A stretch of DNA of 46,555 bases from IMG/VR virus record IMGVR_UViG_3300037424_000750, positions 1 to 46,555 of that record. One strand, 5' to 3'. The position numbers and the translations under genes are program-made. Shown piece after piece: positions 36,055 through 45,539 of the stretch (position 1 is the stretch's first letter; each line of letters begins with the position of its first letter). The DNA comes from a virus. Taxonomy: Duplodnaviria > Caudoviricetes. The notes below the pieces were generated by a model. It worked only from the letters and a program-made list of their open reading frames with translations, searched no databases and was not told the DNA's origin.

Positions 36055-36321
36055 TCACCGGCACGCGAAATCGAATGACCGGCGCGCATGATAGCGCGCC
36101 TCTTGCTGCTGTAGCGCTTTCTCGAACGGTGTGCATGATCCCTGCGCTGTGCAGCGCGGACAGGTCATCCCCATGCACTGCTTGCACATGCCGCCGATAT
36201 CCTCCGGCGCCTGCTTCGGCTTGACCATGACGATGCCGTTGCAGTGATTGCATAGAAACGTATCCGCTTCGACGACGCCGTCGGGGCCGGACGTGATCAG
36301 AATGCCGTGCGGGTTGCGCAT
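36055..36321 (-). CDS. Small Zn-finger protein
   Basis: CNHC, CKQC, CPRC. Confidence 0.65.
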   Translation of the reverse strand: MRNPHGILITSGPDGVVEADTFLCNHCNGIVMVKPKQAPEDIGGMCKQCMGMTCPRCTAQGSCTPFEKALQQQEARYHARRSFDFACR

Positions 36322-36387
36322 AGATGACAACTCCCGAAACAAAAGGAGAATGCGCGGCGACCCTTGAAGCCGCCGCGCAAGATCACA

Positions 36388-36858
36388 CTATTCGTCGATG
36401 ATGATGTCGCAGACGCCGGTGCCGGTGTAGCCCTGCGGCGACTTCAGGCGGAACGCGAAGCCCGCATTGTTCGTCGCCGGCGCGACCAGCTCCTTGCCGG
36501 GGAACGCCACCCAGCGCTGCGTGGCGCGCTGATTGAAGCCCCAGCCGGACACGCGGCTTGTCGCCGTGACGGTAGGTTCGGCCGTATGATTGGCCGTCAT
36601 GATCAGCGACGGCGAGCCATCGGCAGGATCAAGCTTCGTCGGCGTCACCGACGTTGACGTCCCGTCAGCGGTCGCGCGCGACACGTCACACACCATGGAA
36701 TTGTCGGCCGCGGTGCCGTCGGTGCCGAAGATGAATTCGATGACGCGGAAGCGGCGCAGGCCCGAGGTTTGGGCAAGCGCAATGAGAAGGGTCTTGTAGC
36801 TTGTGGTCATCGCCTGCTGAGTGCCAGCCAACAGGTTTGATCCGGCGTAACCGGCCAT
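36388..36858 (-). CDS. Putative virion structural protein
   Basis: GGAG RBS, tail operon position, Thr/Ala-rich. Confidence 0.65.
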   Translation of the reverse strand: MAGYAGSNLLAGTQQAMTTSYKTLLIALAQTSGLRRFRVIEFIFGTDGTAADNSMVCDVSRATADGTSTSVTPTKLDPADGSPSLIMTANHTAEPTVTATSRVSGWGFNQRATQRWVAFPGKELVAPATNNAGFAFRLKSPQGYTGTGVCDIIIDE

Positions 36859-36940
36859 GGGGAGTCTCCATTCTGTTTTGGAAAAGCCGCATGACGCGGC
36901 GAGATGAAACGACGGGCCGGACGACCCGCCGAGTTACGCT

Positions 36941-37354
36941 TTATTTGTACTGAAGCTGGAACTGACCCGGCACGAGCTGGAAGGCTTCGCCGGAATTGAA
37001 GATGAACGCGGTATCGAGTTCGCCGAAGTAACGCATGTTGGTCGAGCCGGTCAGCGTCGCGTGATCGCTGAGACCAATATGCGTGATGATGCCGAGATCG
37101 ATGGTGGCAACCGCAGTCTGGATCGTCAGCGTATTCGTGCTGGTGCCGGTGCTGAGATTGGTCGTGCTCATCGCGGCAAAGATGGCCTGTCGCAGATAAC
37201 CGCCGCCCGCTATCTCATCGGCGAACGAGCCTGACTTTGTCGGGCTTGCGGTATGCAGCGACAGGTAGAGTTCGCTCGGTGCCGCATCCACCGCTTTGCC
37301 GAGACGATAATCGAGCAGGAGTTTGGCTTCGTAAGCCGTGAATGCAAACAGCAT
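36941..37354 (-). CDS. Putative tail-associated structural protein
   Basis: LYLSLHTASP....EI.GGGY.RQ...ITHIGL.D pattern. Confidence 0.65.
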   Translation of the reverse strand: MLFAFTAYEAKLLLDYRLGKAVDAAPSELYLSLHTASPTKSGSFADEIAGGGYLRQAIFAAMSTTNLSTGTSTNTLTIQTAVATIDLGIITHIGLSDHATLTGSTNMRYFGELDTAFIFNSGEAFQLVPGQFQLQYK

Positions 37355-37371
37355 GATCTATGATTCCGTCT

Positions 37372-40300
37372 TTAAGCGGCGCGGGTGCCGGGACGTTTTG
37401 GCGGAGCGATGCCCTTGTCTTCGGAGAGCTTTCGCACTTCTGCGCGAAGCGCGCGCAGTTCAGCGACGAGCACTTCCGTTTGACCGTTGAAGCCCTGTGC
37501 GGTGACGCGGGCGATGTTCATGAAGTGCGGCGTGTAATCCCGACCGCTCATGTTGTCATTGGATGGCAATCGGCCGGTACGGTTCATCAGATCGATAACC
37601 GACGGCCCGATCATTCTGGTCGCCGCCGCGTTGATCACGCCCTCGCCGCCGGCCAGCATGATGTCGCCGCCGCCGGCGTAGCTCGCGCGCACCGAATCCT
37701 GATTCCATGTGCCGTTGCCGACGATGCCGCCCGGCGCATAGGCGCCGACAATACCGCCGTCGTGAAACCAGGTAAACGGATTGTACCATTTGAACCCGCT
37801 ACCTGGGTCCGACTGCGGGTTGTTTGCCACGGCCAAGGTATTTGCACTGATGGCCGTCAAGAGGCTGACCATCGGACCGAAATACTGACTGCCTTGTGTG
37901 GCAGCGACGAAGGCTCCTTGTTGGCCCAATTGCGTAACCGACGATGAAATATCAATCGATGATTGTGTCGTCGCTGCTTGCAACGATTGCAGCGCCGTCA
38001 AGGTTGAGACCGTGTCGTCGGTATTCGTATCGACGCTGCCAAGCAAAGTATTGGACCGCCCAATTCCTTTTGGCAGTGCCGTAAGATCGCTCTGTATCTT
38101 CTCGAAGATGCGCTGATAATCTGGCGAACTGGCGAAGTAGTCCTTGGCGACATTCAACAGAGATTCGGCAGCCCCGGTGATACCGCCCATGGCGCCGGCG
38201 TCACCGCTGGCCGCTGCGCCGAGCGTGGTGTCATAGATGCCTTGCGCCGCAGCAAGCCGCTGCGTTGGGTTCAATGTAGACAGCGAACCAAGTTTGAGGC
38301 CATTGAGAAAATCGTTGACGTTCTTCGAGAAATCATCGAGCGCCGATTGCGACTGCGACAACACATTCGCAAGTTGCGGGAAGGTCTTGATCAGATCGTC
38401 AAACTCCGTACCGACCAGGCCGGCGCCATCGATGATACCCTGCGCCTGTTTCATGAACAGTTGTGCGACCAGCGATGTATCGACGCCCGTCATATCGGCA
38501 TCAGTGAGATTACCGAGGGTCGCCTTCACCAGATCGTCGAGCTGGTTGATGTAACCCTTGCCGGATGCCTCGTTGATCTGGCGATTGAGATTGTCCGTGA
38601 GTTTCGCCGCCATGTCGTCCAGCGCGGACGTGATACCGGAAGCGATCGCCTGCGCCGCGGCATCCGACGACATGCCGAGGTCTTGCAATGTTTGCTGCAA
38701 CTGCGCCGCGGTGCCGCGCAATTCCAGGATAGCACTCTGCGTTTCCGTCAACGCAGGTTTTACCTGCAACAGCGACAGCGCATAATTCTGCACCGCCTCG
38801 CGGGACGCGACGATGGCCGGATTGGCTTGCGCCAGGCCTTGACTTGCTTTCACCGTATCGTCGAGGAATCCTTTCAGCGTATCGCCGATCTGCTTGACGT
38901 TCGCCGCCGCCTTTACTGCCGGGCTGTCGGAACCAAGCCCCTGATCGAGTGCTTCGATCATGACGCCGAAACCGGCGACAAAGTCAGTCGTCGCCTTGCG
39001 GGCGAAGATCACCAGACTGTTGATCAAGGCATCGCCGGACTGCCCGGCTTTGTTCGCGGCGGTGACATATTCCTGGGTCTTCTCGGTCATCGACGAAATC
39101 GCCTGCCCGAGACTGCCGGTATTGCGGCCCTCAAGCGTGTCGGCGAAGTGACGAACCTGCGTCTGCATGTTCTCCCACGCTTTGACCGCGGCGTCGAAGT
39201 CGGCCTTGGCCTGCTTTGCCTTTGCCGCCTGACCTTGCAGAATGGAAATGCCGATCGACGCACCGATCAAAGCCGGGTTGCCGCTGGCAATGCCGGCGGT
39301 CATCAGATCGCCGGACAGTTTGGTGCCGACGGCATTGATGCCGGCGCCGATCGCTTCCTTCGGGGATTTGCCCTGGGCGAGGGCGGAGTTGATGGCGGAA
39401 CCGAACGAACCGGCGTAGGCCTGTGCCTGTGCCAAGGCCTTGCTTAGTTCGGTGACGGCGATGCGTTCCTTGGCATATTCAGCCGCGCGGTTGCGGATGT
39501 CCTGTTCCATGGCCGCCGAAATAGGAATGCCTCTTTCCCGCAGCCGCGCCATATCCTCTTCGGCGGTTTTCAATGCCAGCGCGGCTTCCGTCGAAAGCCC
39601 GACGCCGGCGCGCTCGGCCACCAGTTTTGTCATCCGGCTGTCGAGTTCTTCGTTAAACCGGCGCAGGCCTTCGGTCTGTTTTTTCGACAGCGCCTCAGCT
39701 TCCTTCGCCGCCTCGGCCGAGGCCTTGATTGCATCGGCTTCCCGCTGTTTGATCGTCGTCAGGCGAATGATCTCTTGACCTTGCGCCGAGGTCGCGTCGA
39801 CCTGCGCCTTGCTCAAGTTTGTCGAAATCGCCTTTTGCAAGTCGTTCTTGCGAAGCTCTTCGGTTTCCTTCTGAATCGAACGAACAACCGAGTCATAGGC
39901 TTCGCGCCGGCGATCATATTCCGCCACGGCGGAATTGCGATCGGCGGCTTCACCGGCGGCATCGGCCGCTTGCTGCGCGCGGCGGACTTCCTCAATCAAC
40001 TTGACGCGCTGTTCCAGCAAGCGGTTGAGCGTCGTCTGCGCCGAAGCAGCGGGGCCCTTCAATCCTTGTTGCGACAGTTCGTTGACGCGAGTCTGTGCAT
40101 CGGAGATAGCCGCGTCGACGACCTGCAAACGCAACGCCGGATTGCTGGCGAGTTTGTTGGTGCGCTCTATCGCCGCGGCGATGCCATTGATGGCCGCGGA
40201 CAAACCCCACGCCTTGGCTATCTGCTCGCCCCAGCGTTCGAGCAATCGTTGTGTAGCGTCGCTCAAAGCTTCATAGGCACCGGCAAGGCCCGCATCCTTC

Positions 40301-41328
40301 GCAGCACCGGCGCCGCCGACCTGCTTGGCTACCTGATCAAGAATGAGTCCCTGTGCCTGGGCAACCTGCCCGGTCTCGAACAAATCCTTGATGATCTGCT
40401 TTTGCTGCGATGAAAACGACACGCCGGAACGCGTCAAGGCGCTGAGACCCTTTTCCGGGTCTTCCAAGGCCTTCCCAAGCTGCAGCGCGGCCGACTTGAC
40501 GTCGGTGCCCATGACGGCGGCAAGATCGTCGGCAAGTTTAAGTGTGCGGTCGAACGTATCGGTCGCGACCGTTTTGAACGTCAGCAGCACGGCCGCGGCA
40601 TCGCGCGTCTTTGAGATATCACCGATCTCGTTAACGAGATCCTGGATTTGCTTGGCGGTGCGGCCGGCTGACGATCCGGTCGACTTTAACACGGCATCGA
40701 GCACAAGCGCTTGCGACTCAAACTTTTCAAAGGCGTTGACCGATTTGACCGCGGACGTAGCCACGACGGCCAGCGCCGCACCTATGACAGCGATCGGGCC
40801 CGCCATTCCCATTATCGGAATATTCACCCCAAGCTGCGACAGCACGCCCTGCGCCGCCATCGCTGACTGCCGCAGGTTGTCGTTGGCGACCGAAGCCTTG
40901 CCGAGCGAGGTTACGTTCGTGTTGACCGTAGTATTGACGCGACCCACGACCGCGGCAAAATCAGCATTTCCCTTTTTCGCGATTTCCGCCGCGCTCGCCA
41001 CCATGCCGAACTTCTGCGCCATCCCCTGATAGATCAGCGCAGCCCTTTCGGCACTGACATTGCCTAACTCCATCTGCTTTTGCAGGCTGTTGACGGAGGA
41101 ATAGAACTTTGACGCCGAGCCGTACCCGTCGACATAGGTTCGCGCCAGGCGTCCGAGCGTGCCGCCGGCGTTACCAGCCGCGATATCCTGCTTTGCCAGG
41201 TTCGCAGCAACCTGCTGCCCGGACGCAATCCCGGCCTTATCGGCGACAATCTTCTCCGACATGCCACGGGCATAGCCCGTGGCATCCATGTCGGCGCTGA
41301 CGCGCAGTTGTGAGAGCTTGACGGTCAT
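37372..41328 (-). CDS. Tail tape measure protein
   Basis: 1318 aa, Ala/Gln-rich helical, QLGKALEDPEKGLSALTRSG motif, follows the tail chaperones. Confidence 0.92.
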   Translation of the reverse strand: MTVKLSQLRVSADMDATGYARGMSEKIVADKAGIASGQQVAANLAKQDIAAGNAGGTLGRLARTYVDGYGSASKFYSSVNSLQKQMELGNVSAERAALIYQGMAQKFGMVASAAEIAKKGNADFAAVVGRVNTTVNTNVTSLGKASVANDNLRQSAMAAQGVLSQLGVNIPIMGMAGPIAVIGAALAVVATSAVKSVNAFEKFESQALVLDAVLKSTGSSAGRTAKQIQDLVNEIGDISKTRDAAAVLLTFKTVATDTFDRTLKLADDLAAVMGTDVKSAALQLGKALEDPEKGLSALTRSGVSFSSQQKQIIKDLFETGQVAQAQGLILDQVAKQVGGAGAAKDAGLAGAYEALSDATQRLLERWGEQIAKAWGLSAAINGIAAAIERTNKLASNPALRLQVVDAAISDAQTRVNELSQQGLKGPAASAQTTLNRLLEQRVKLIEEVRRAQQAADAAGEAADRNSAVAEYDRRREAYDSVVRSIQKETEELRKNDLQKAISTNLSKAQVDATSAQGQEIIRLTTIKQREADAIKASAEAAKEAEALSKKQTEGLRRFNEELDSRMTKLVAERAGVGLSTEAALALKTAEEDMARLRERGIPISAAMEQDIRNRAAEYAKERIAVTELSKALAQAQAYAGSFGSAINSALAQGKSPKEAIGAGINAVGTKLSGDLMTAGIASGNPALIGASIGISILQGQAAKAKQAKADFDAAVKAWENMQTQVRHFADTLEGRNTGSLGQAISSMTEKTQEYVTAANKAGQSGDALINSLVIFARKATTDFVAGFGVMIEALDQGLGSDSPAVKAAANVKQIGDTLKGFLDDTVKASQGLAQANPAIVASREAVQNYALSLLQVKPALTETQSAILELRGTAAQLQQTLQDLGMSSDAAAQAIASGITSALDDMAAKLTDNLNRQINEASGKGYINQLDDLVKATLGNLTDADMTGVDTSLVAQLFMKQAQGIIDGAGLVGTEFDDLIKTFPQLANVLSQSQSALDDFSKNVNDFLNGLKLGSLSTLNPTQRLAAAQGIYDTTLGAAASGDAGAMGGITGAAESLLNVAKDYFASSPDYQRIFEKIQSDLTALPKGIGRSNTLLGSVDTNTDDTVSTLTALQSLQAATTQSSIDISSSVTQLGQQGAFVAATQGSQYFGPMVSLLTAISANTLAVANNPQSDPGSGFKWYNPFTWFHDGGIVGAYAPGGIVGNGTWNQDSVRASYAGGGDIMLAGGEGVINAAATRMIGPSVIDLMNRTGRLPSNDNMSGRDYTPHFMNIARVTAQGFNGQTEVLVAELRALRAEVRKLSEDKGIAPPKRPGTRAA

Positions 41329-41720
41329 TTAGTCTCGTTTTTCCGCTTGGCTTCTTGGGCTTTGGCTTTTTCGCTCACGTAGTCGAGGTATTCCGCATCC
41401 ATCGAAAGAACGATGCGCCGGAATTCATCGAATTGCGCGGCCCCTATCGACTGATCGCGCGCATAACGGCTGATGGCCTGATAATAGATTGGGCCTTCCC
41501 CGCCCATCGCCCCGACAAACCGGTCGTGACGCAACGCTTGCCATGCCGACCAATAGAACAAGAACTCCGGTTTTATCTGCGCTTCTTCCGGGCGGGTAAG
41601 TTCTGCTTCCCGTCCGGAAAAATGCGCCGCTGCATCCGATTCCTCGTCGGCAAGATCAGCGAGAAATTCGTTTTCGCGCTTCCGCTCTAGCTCGTAGCGG
41701 AGCGCGGCCCGGAGTTTTTT
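41325..41720 (-). CDS. Tail assembly chaperone C-terminal (gpT-like) frame reached by -1 frameshift
   Basis: Open -1 frame KKLRAALRYE...YWSAWQALRHDR...PIYYQAI. Confidence 0.7.
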   Translation of the reverse strand, partial: KKLRAALRYELERKRENEFLADLADEESDAAAHFSGREAELTRPEEAQIKPEFLFYWSAWQALRHDRFVGAMGGEGPIYYQAISRYARDQSIGAAQFDEFRRIVLSMDAEYLDYVSEKAKAQEAKRKNETK

Positions 41721-42118
41721 CCGGCGTCTTCGACGAACTCCGCGTTGACAGACGTGAGTTTGCCGGCGGCCCATTCGACCTGACGGGTCAACTTGCGCCA
41801 TGTCCATTCGCTCATCTTTTCGATGGCGTCTTCTTTTGAATAGGGCATATCGAAGCCCTTCCAATCGAGCAGGATATGCTCCGCGTAAAGCTTGCCGAGC
41901 GAGGTGATCAGCACCTTTTCGGGAATCGGTTCGTCCTTGAAGGCCCGCCCGAGACGTTTGAAGAGCGCCTGGCGCGCCGCCGTGTAGGGCGGATAATCGA
42001 TCGGCCGGACGAAAAGGCTGGCGCCAAGAATTTCATCGAGCGCAACCCATTCCGCATCGTCGGAGGATTGCAGGGAGTCGACCTTGACGGTCGGCGTTGA
42101 TGTTGAAGAGGTGGTCAT
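41687..42118 (-). CDS. Tail assembly chaperone (gpG-like)
   Basis: ILLDWKGF motif, between tube and tape measure genes. Slippery A-AAA-AAC at 41720-41714. Confidence 0.8.
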   Translation of the reverse strand: MTTSSTSTPTVKVDSLQSSDDAEWVALDEILGASLFVRPIDYPPYTAARQALFKRLGRAFKDEPIPEKVLITSLGKLYAEHILLDWKGFDMPYSKEDAIEKMSEWTWRKLTRQVEWAAGKLTSVNAEFVEDAGKNSGPRSATS

Positions 42119-42274
42119 GGTGTATCCTTGTCGGAGGCGGCGGGCCGGGTCCGACAACCCAGCCCGCCGGTTGCGTCTAAGACGCACTTCGTCCACGAAC
42201 ATCAGCTCGCGTTGCCGCCACCAAACGGCTAGGACGAAGATAAGACCCGCCGTGTCGGCGGCGGGTAAGGTCAG

Positions 42275-43741
42275 CTATTCGTAGTACGGAATGCGATCGC
42301 ACATCACATGTGCGTTCGTGTCGGTGTCGATCGACGCCTGCCACGACGCATTCAGCATCACGTCGGTATTTTTCGCCGTTGCCTGGGGATTGGCATCGGT
42401 ACGGATTACGGCGCGCGGGATCTGATAGATCAGCGCCTGGCTGTTTTTCGTCACCCGCGAATTGATCGCCGTCGCGGTGCCGTTATAGAACTTGGTCAGC
42501 AGCGCGTTGTCACCAAAGTAGGTTTCGATCTTGCCGGTGACCGTGCATTCGCCCTCGCGCACGCCAACCGGCGATTGCGAATCGACGGCCTCGATCTGCC
42601 GCAGATTGTTGTTGATCTGGAAATCAAGGCTCCGCGCCCAGTTCGGCGACGTGAGCGTCGAACCGTTTTCCGCGACCCGGCCGACGTTTGCATTGGCGGC
42701 CATCACGGAATTGCTGGTTGCCGCGTCCGGGCTGGCATCGAGCGGCGTCGTCGACTGCGATCCACCCATGCCCATGAAGGTAGCGACCCCGGTGATCTTC
42801 TGTTTCGACGTAATCGTGTGCTGCAGCGTGTTGACGTGCATGCCGGCGGTGACGATGTAGGTCGGCACGCTCTGACCGAGAAAGCCGCGCTCGATCGTCA
42901 TCGCCGTTTCGGTCGTTCCGTTCTTGATGCGGTCGCCGAACCAGACTTTGATGGTCTTGCCGGTGCCGGTGTCGGTCGTCCAGCCCGTCGGCAAATTGTC
43001 GAGCGGCAGCAAGGTTGCCGTCGGCGCACCGGAGATACGGGCAAAGCCATTGCAGGCGGCCGTGGCGAACTTATCGCCGGTCGCCGTGCCGCCGATCTTG
43101 ATCCATTGCCCGATGGCTAGACCGAGCGTGGTGAAATCGAGCAAAGTGGATGCCAGTCCATTCGCGGCAGCGGTGATGTCGGCGGCGGCACCTTGAAACC
43201 CAACGACCTTGACTTTTGCGGCGGCCGGCGGCGCCACTTCGGCCGTCAGACCGAGCGAGGCACCGACGATGGTGGTCGCGGTCGAACTGGCAGCGCGAAA
43301 AATCTGATTGTTGGCTGCCTCCGTAAAGCCGGTCGCTCGCACCAAATGTCCCACCACCACGGACGCACCGCCCGAGGCGACGGCATAAGTGTCGGCTACG
43401 GTGCCGGCATCGGTAACGACGCTATCGGCCGTGCCGTCATTGTCGAAGGTCGGCGTATTGGTCCATGGGTTCATGAACGCCGAACGATAGATTTCCGACA
43501 AGGGCGAACCGTCTTCCGGATAGGACAGTTCGAAATTGAGCCCGCCGTTCGCATCCTTCATGGTCAGGATCGGATCGCCGAGCATGCGATCCGAACGCAA
43601 CTCGTCGGAGTCGACATAGGTCGGATTGAACGACAGTGATTCACCAGTGACCCGCATGATGCGCATGCGCGGGGTGCCCGGGGTGGTGCCGGGAGTTACT
43701 TCACGCACAAGCGCAATCTGGGTACGGTTCGACTGAGTCAT
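42275..43741 (-). CDS. Major tail tube protein
   Basis: REVTPGTTP...RVTGESL...SDELRSDR N-terminus, INNNLR and VTGKIETYF. Confidence 0.85.
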   Translation of the reverse strand: MTQSNRTQIALVREVTPGTTPGTPRMRIMRVTGESLSFNPTYVDSDELRSDRMLGDPILTMKDANGGLNFELSYPEDGSPLSEIYRSAFMNPWTNTPTFDNDGTADSVVTDAGTVADTYAVASGGASVVVGHLVRATGFTEAANNQIFRAASSTATTIVGASLGLTAEVAPPAAAKVKVVGFQGAAADITAAANGLASTLLDFTTLGLAIGQWIKIGGTATGDKFATAACNGFARISGAPTATLLPLDNLPTGWTTDTGTGKTIKVWFGDRIKNGTTETAMTIERGFLGQSVPTYIVTAGMHVNTLQHTITSKQKITGVATFMGMGGSQSTTPLDASPDAATSNSVMAANANVGRVAENGSTLTSPNWARSLDFQINNNLRQIEAVDSQSPVGVREGECTVTGKIETYFGDNALLTKFYNGTATAINSRVTKNSQALIYQIPRAVIRTDANPQATAKNTDVMLNASWQASIDTDTNAHVMCDRIPYYE

Positions 43742-43854
43742 AGGGGCTCTCCATCAAGAGGGATTGGCGCGTCACCAGACGGGCCGGGTGCGGTCGCCCT
43801 CACCGCATTTTTGAAGGGCAGGCTGTGACGGTTTCCCGCCACAGAAAATTGAAT

Positions 43855-44079
43855 TTAGTTTTTGCGGCCGAAACTATTTCGGCGCGGCATACTGGCCGAC
43901 GGCAACGAATGATCGCTCATCGGCACGGCCTCGTTTGCCGGTGCTGCACCGCCGGAGACAAACCCGCGCGATTGCAAATGCCGGAAGTCGAGCGGTGCGA
44001 TCATTTGCTGCGTCACCGGATCGCCGACCTTGAAACGATGAATGGCGGACTTAAACGGCTTGAGCACTTTTTCATTCAT
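43855..44079 (-). CDS. Small hypothetical protein
   Basis: AGGA RBS, MNEKVLKPF. Confidence 0.5.
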   Translation of the reverse strand: MNEKVLKPFKSAIHRFKVGDPVTQQMIAPLDFRHLQSRGFVSGGAAPANEAVPMSDHSLPSASMPRRNSFGRKN

Positions 44080-44093
44080 GATCGATGTTCCTG

Positions 44094-44531
44094 TTAAGCT
44101 TCGATCCGGCGCCATTCGATGCTGATCGAAATGCGCCACCACGCACCTTGAGCGTCGGACGGCTCGCCCATGCCGATTGCGGCATCGCCGAATTCGAGTG
44201 AGTCCGACAACAGCGTCAGGCCGCGAAACTTGTCGGCAAGCTGCTTGCAGTAATCGCGTTGATCGCGCTCGCCGTTGCCGCGCTGCACGAATACATGCAT
44301 CCACAGGATGCCCTCTTCGTCCCATCGGTTATCGGCCTGACGGCTTTCACCGAACGATTGCTGTCCGTACAGCGTGCCGGTGACTTCGACGGCGACCCAC
44401 GATGAGCCGTCAGTCGGTGGAAAAGGCGGATCGGTTTCGTTCGGCCAACTGATCGGCGTTGCCGTCCATGTCCCGCCAACGCCAGGATCGAGGACGCTGC
44501 GGATCGCGTCATAAACCAAGAGAGAGGCCAT
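44094..44531 (-). CDS. Tail terminator / tail completion protein
   Basis: ISWPNE...P..SWV...G.LWMHVFV..G.G pattern, upstream of the tube gene. Confidence 0.75.
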   Translation of the reverse strand: MASLLVYDAIRSVLDPGVGGTWTATPISWPNETDPPFPPTDGSSWVAVEVTGTLYGQQSFGESRQADNRWDEEGILWMHVFVQRGNGERDQRDYCKQLADKFRGLTLLSDSLEFGDAAIGMGEPSDAQGAWWRISISIEWRRIEA

Positions 44532-44549
44532 ATTCCTATAATTTTCCTC

Positions 44550-44579
44550 TTGACGAATTAGGTCAATTAGACCTACAAT
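44550..44579 (+). promoter_or_regulatory. Promoter with overlapping palindromic operator
   Basis: TTGACG-N18-TACAAT, TAGGTC-AATTA-GACCTA (44559-44575), and AAGGAGG RBS downstream. Confidence 0.75.
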
Positions 44580-44608
44580 ATTCTTGACGCTGAAGGAGGA
44601 TTAAAGTC

Positions 44609-45364
44609 GTGTTGAACCATGTGACAATTCTCAGCAACGCCGCCGCGAAGCCCGTTGCTAAGCGGGTTTTTCGTCACGCCGACGGTCAAATCAGCAAGCT
44701 TGGCGCACCGATGCCAAAGTATTTTTTAATCCGACGCGAACCGGTCGAAACAATTGACGATCTGGCCAACCTTCTCGTCCGGCTAGAAAGTGAACGCGAC
44801 GCTTTTGTCATCCGAGGAACGCCAATCGGAAACTTTGGTCTAAATCCAACCCGCAGACTCAAGCATGCCGACGGTGATATTCAACCTACGTTCTACAGTT
44901 CACCAGCCGGCGAGCGCTGGCTGTGTGTTGATTTTGACAAGGTTGTAGCGCCGACCCATTTCGATGTCGCCCAACAACCTGTTCTTGGATTTCTCTACTT
45001 GAGACACCGGTTGCCGAGCGAATTTCATAGAACCGCCTTTATCGGCCAATGGTCCGCCTCGGCAGGCATGGATGGCTGGAAAACAATCAGCGCTCATCTT
45101 TGGTTTATGCTCAAGGAGCCGCAAACTGACGATGTACTAAACCAGTGGGCGAAAAATGTGCCCGGCATTGATGCGCGGCTTTACAATACCGTGCAGCCCC
45201 ATTTTACTTGTGCCCCAGCCTTCACGGGACTAGCCGATCCAATCCAGAATAGGACCCTATTGATCGATGACCACGAAGACACCGTCTGTCTTAATATCTC
45301 CGTGCGGCATGACTTCGCAGGAATTTCGCGATCTCCGCGAGAAACTCAATCTCACACAGCGTGA
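44609..45364 (+). CDS. Stand-alone archaeo-eukaryotic primase (AEP)/prim-pol-like domain protein
   Basis: WLCVDFD (motif I, hhhDhD), SASAG...AHLWF (motif II His), IDARLY...QPHF..AP (motif III). No helicase domain. Confidence 0.65.
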   Translation: MLNHVTILSNAAAKPVAKRVFRHADGQISKLGAPMPKYFLIRREPVETIDDLANLLVRLESERDAFVIRGTPIGNFGLNPTRRLKHADGDIQPTFYSSPAGERWLCVDFDKVVAPTHFDVAQQPVLGFLYLRHRLPSEFHRTAFIGQWSASAGMDGWKTISAHLWFMLKEPQTDDVLNQWAKNVPGIDARLYNTVQPHFTCAPAFTGLADPIQNRTLLIDDHEDTVCLNISVRHDFAGISRSPRETQSHTA

Positions 45365-45539
45365 GATTGGAATGAAGTTAGAACTTTCAGGCCCGAAGCC
45401 CGATCGGGTCATCCGACGATGGGAAGCCGGAACAACCGGAATTCCAGGACCGGCAGCGGTCGCCATGCGATTTATCGCGCGCGAAGCCGGACTTACAATC
45501 AAACATCCTTCACGGAAAGAACAAGCGCCGGGTACGTGA
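45309..45539 (+). CDS. XRE HTH regulator / antitoxin-like protein
   Basis: MTSQEFRDLREKLNLTQREIG..L......RVIRRWEAG...IPGP. Confidence 0.8.
   Translation: MTSQEFRDLREKLNLTQREIGMKLELSGPKPDRVIRRWEAGTTGIPGPAAVAMRFIAREAGLTIKHPSRKEQAPGT

Noticed and set aside
37365-37380. Fourth copy of the CCGTCTTAAACGG junction motif
   Set aside because: CCGTCTTTAAGCGG differs by an insertion and a substitution and lacks the flanking RBS context.
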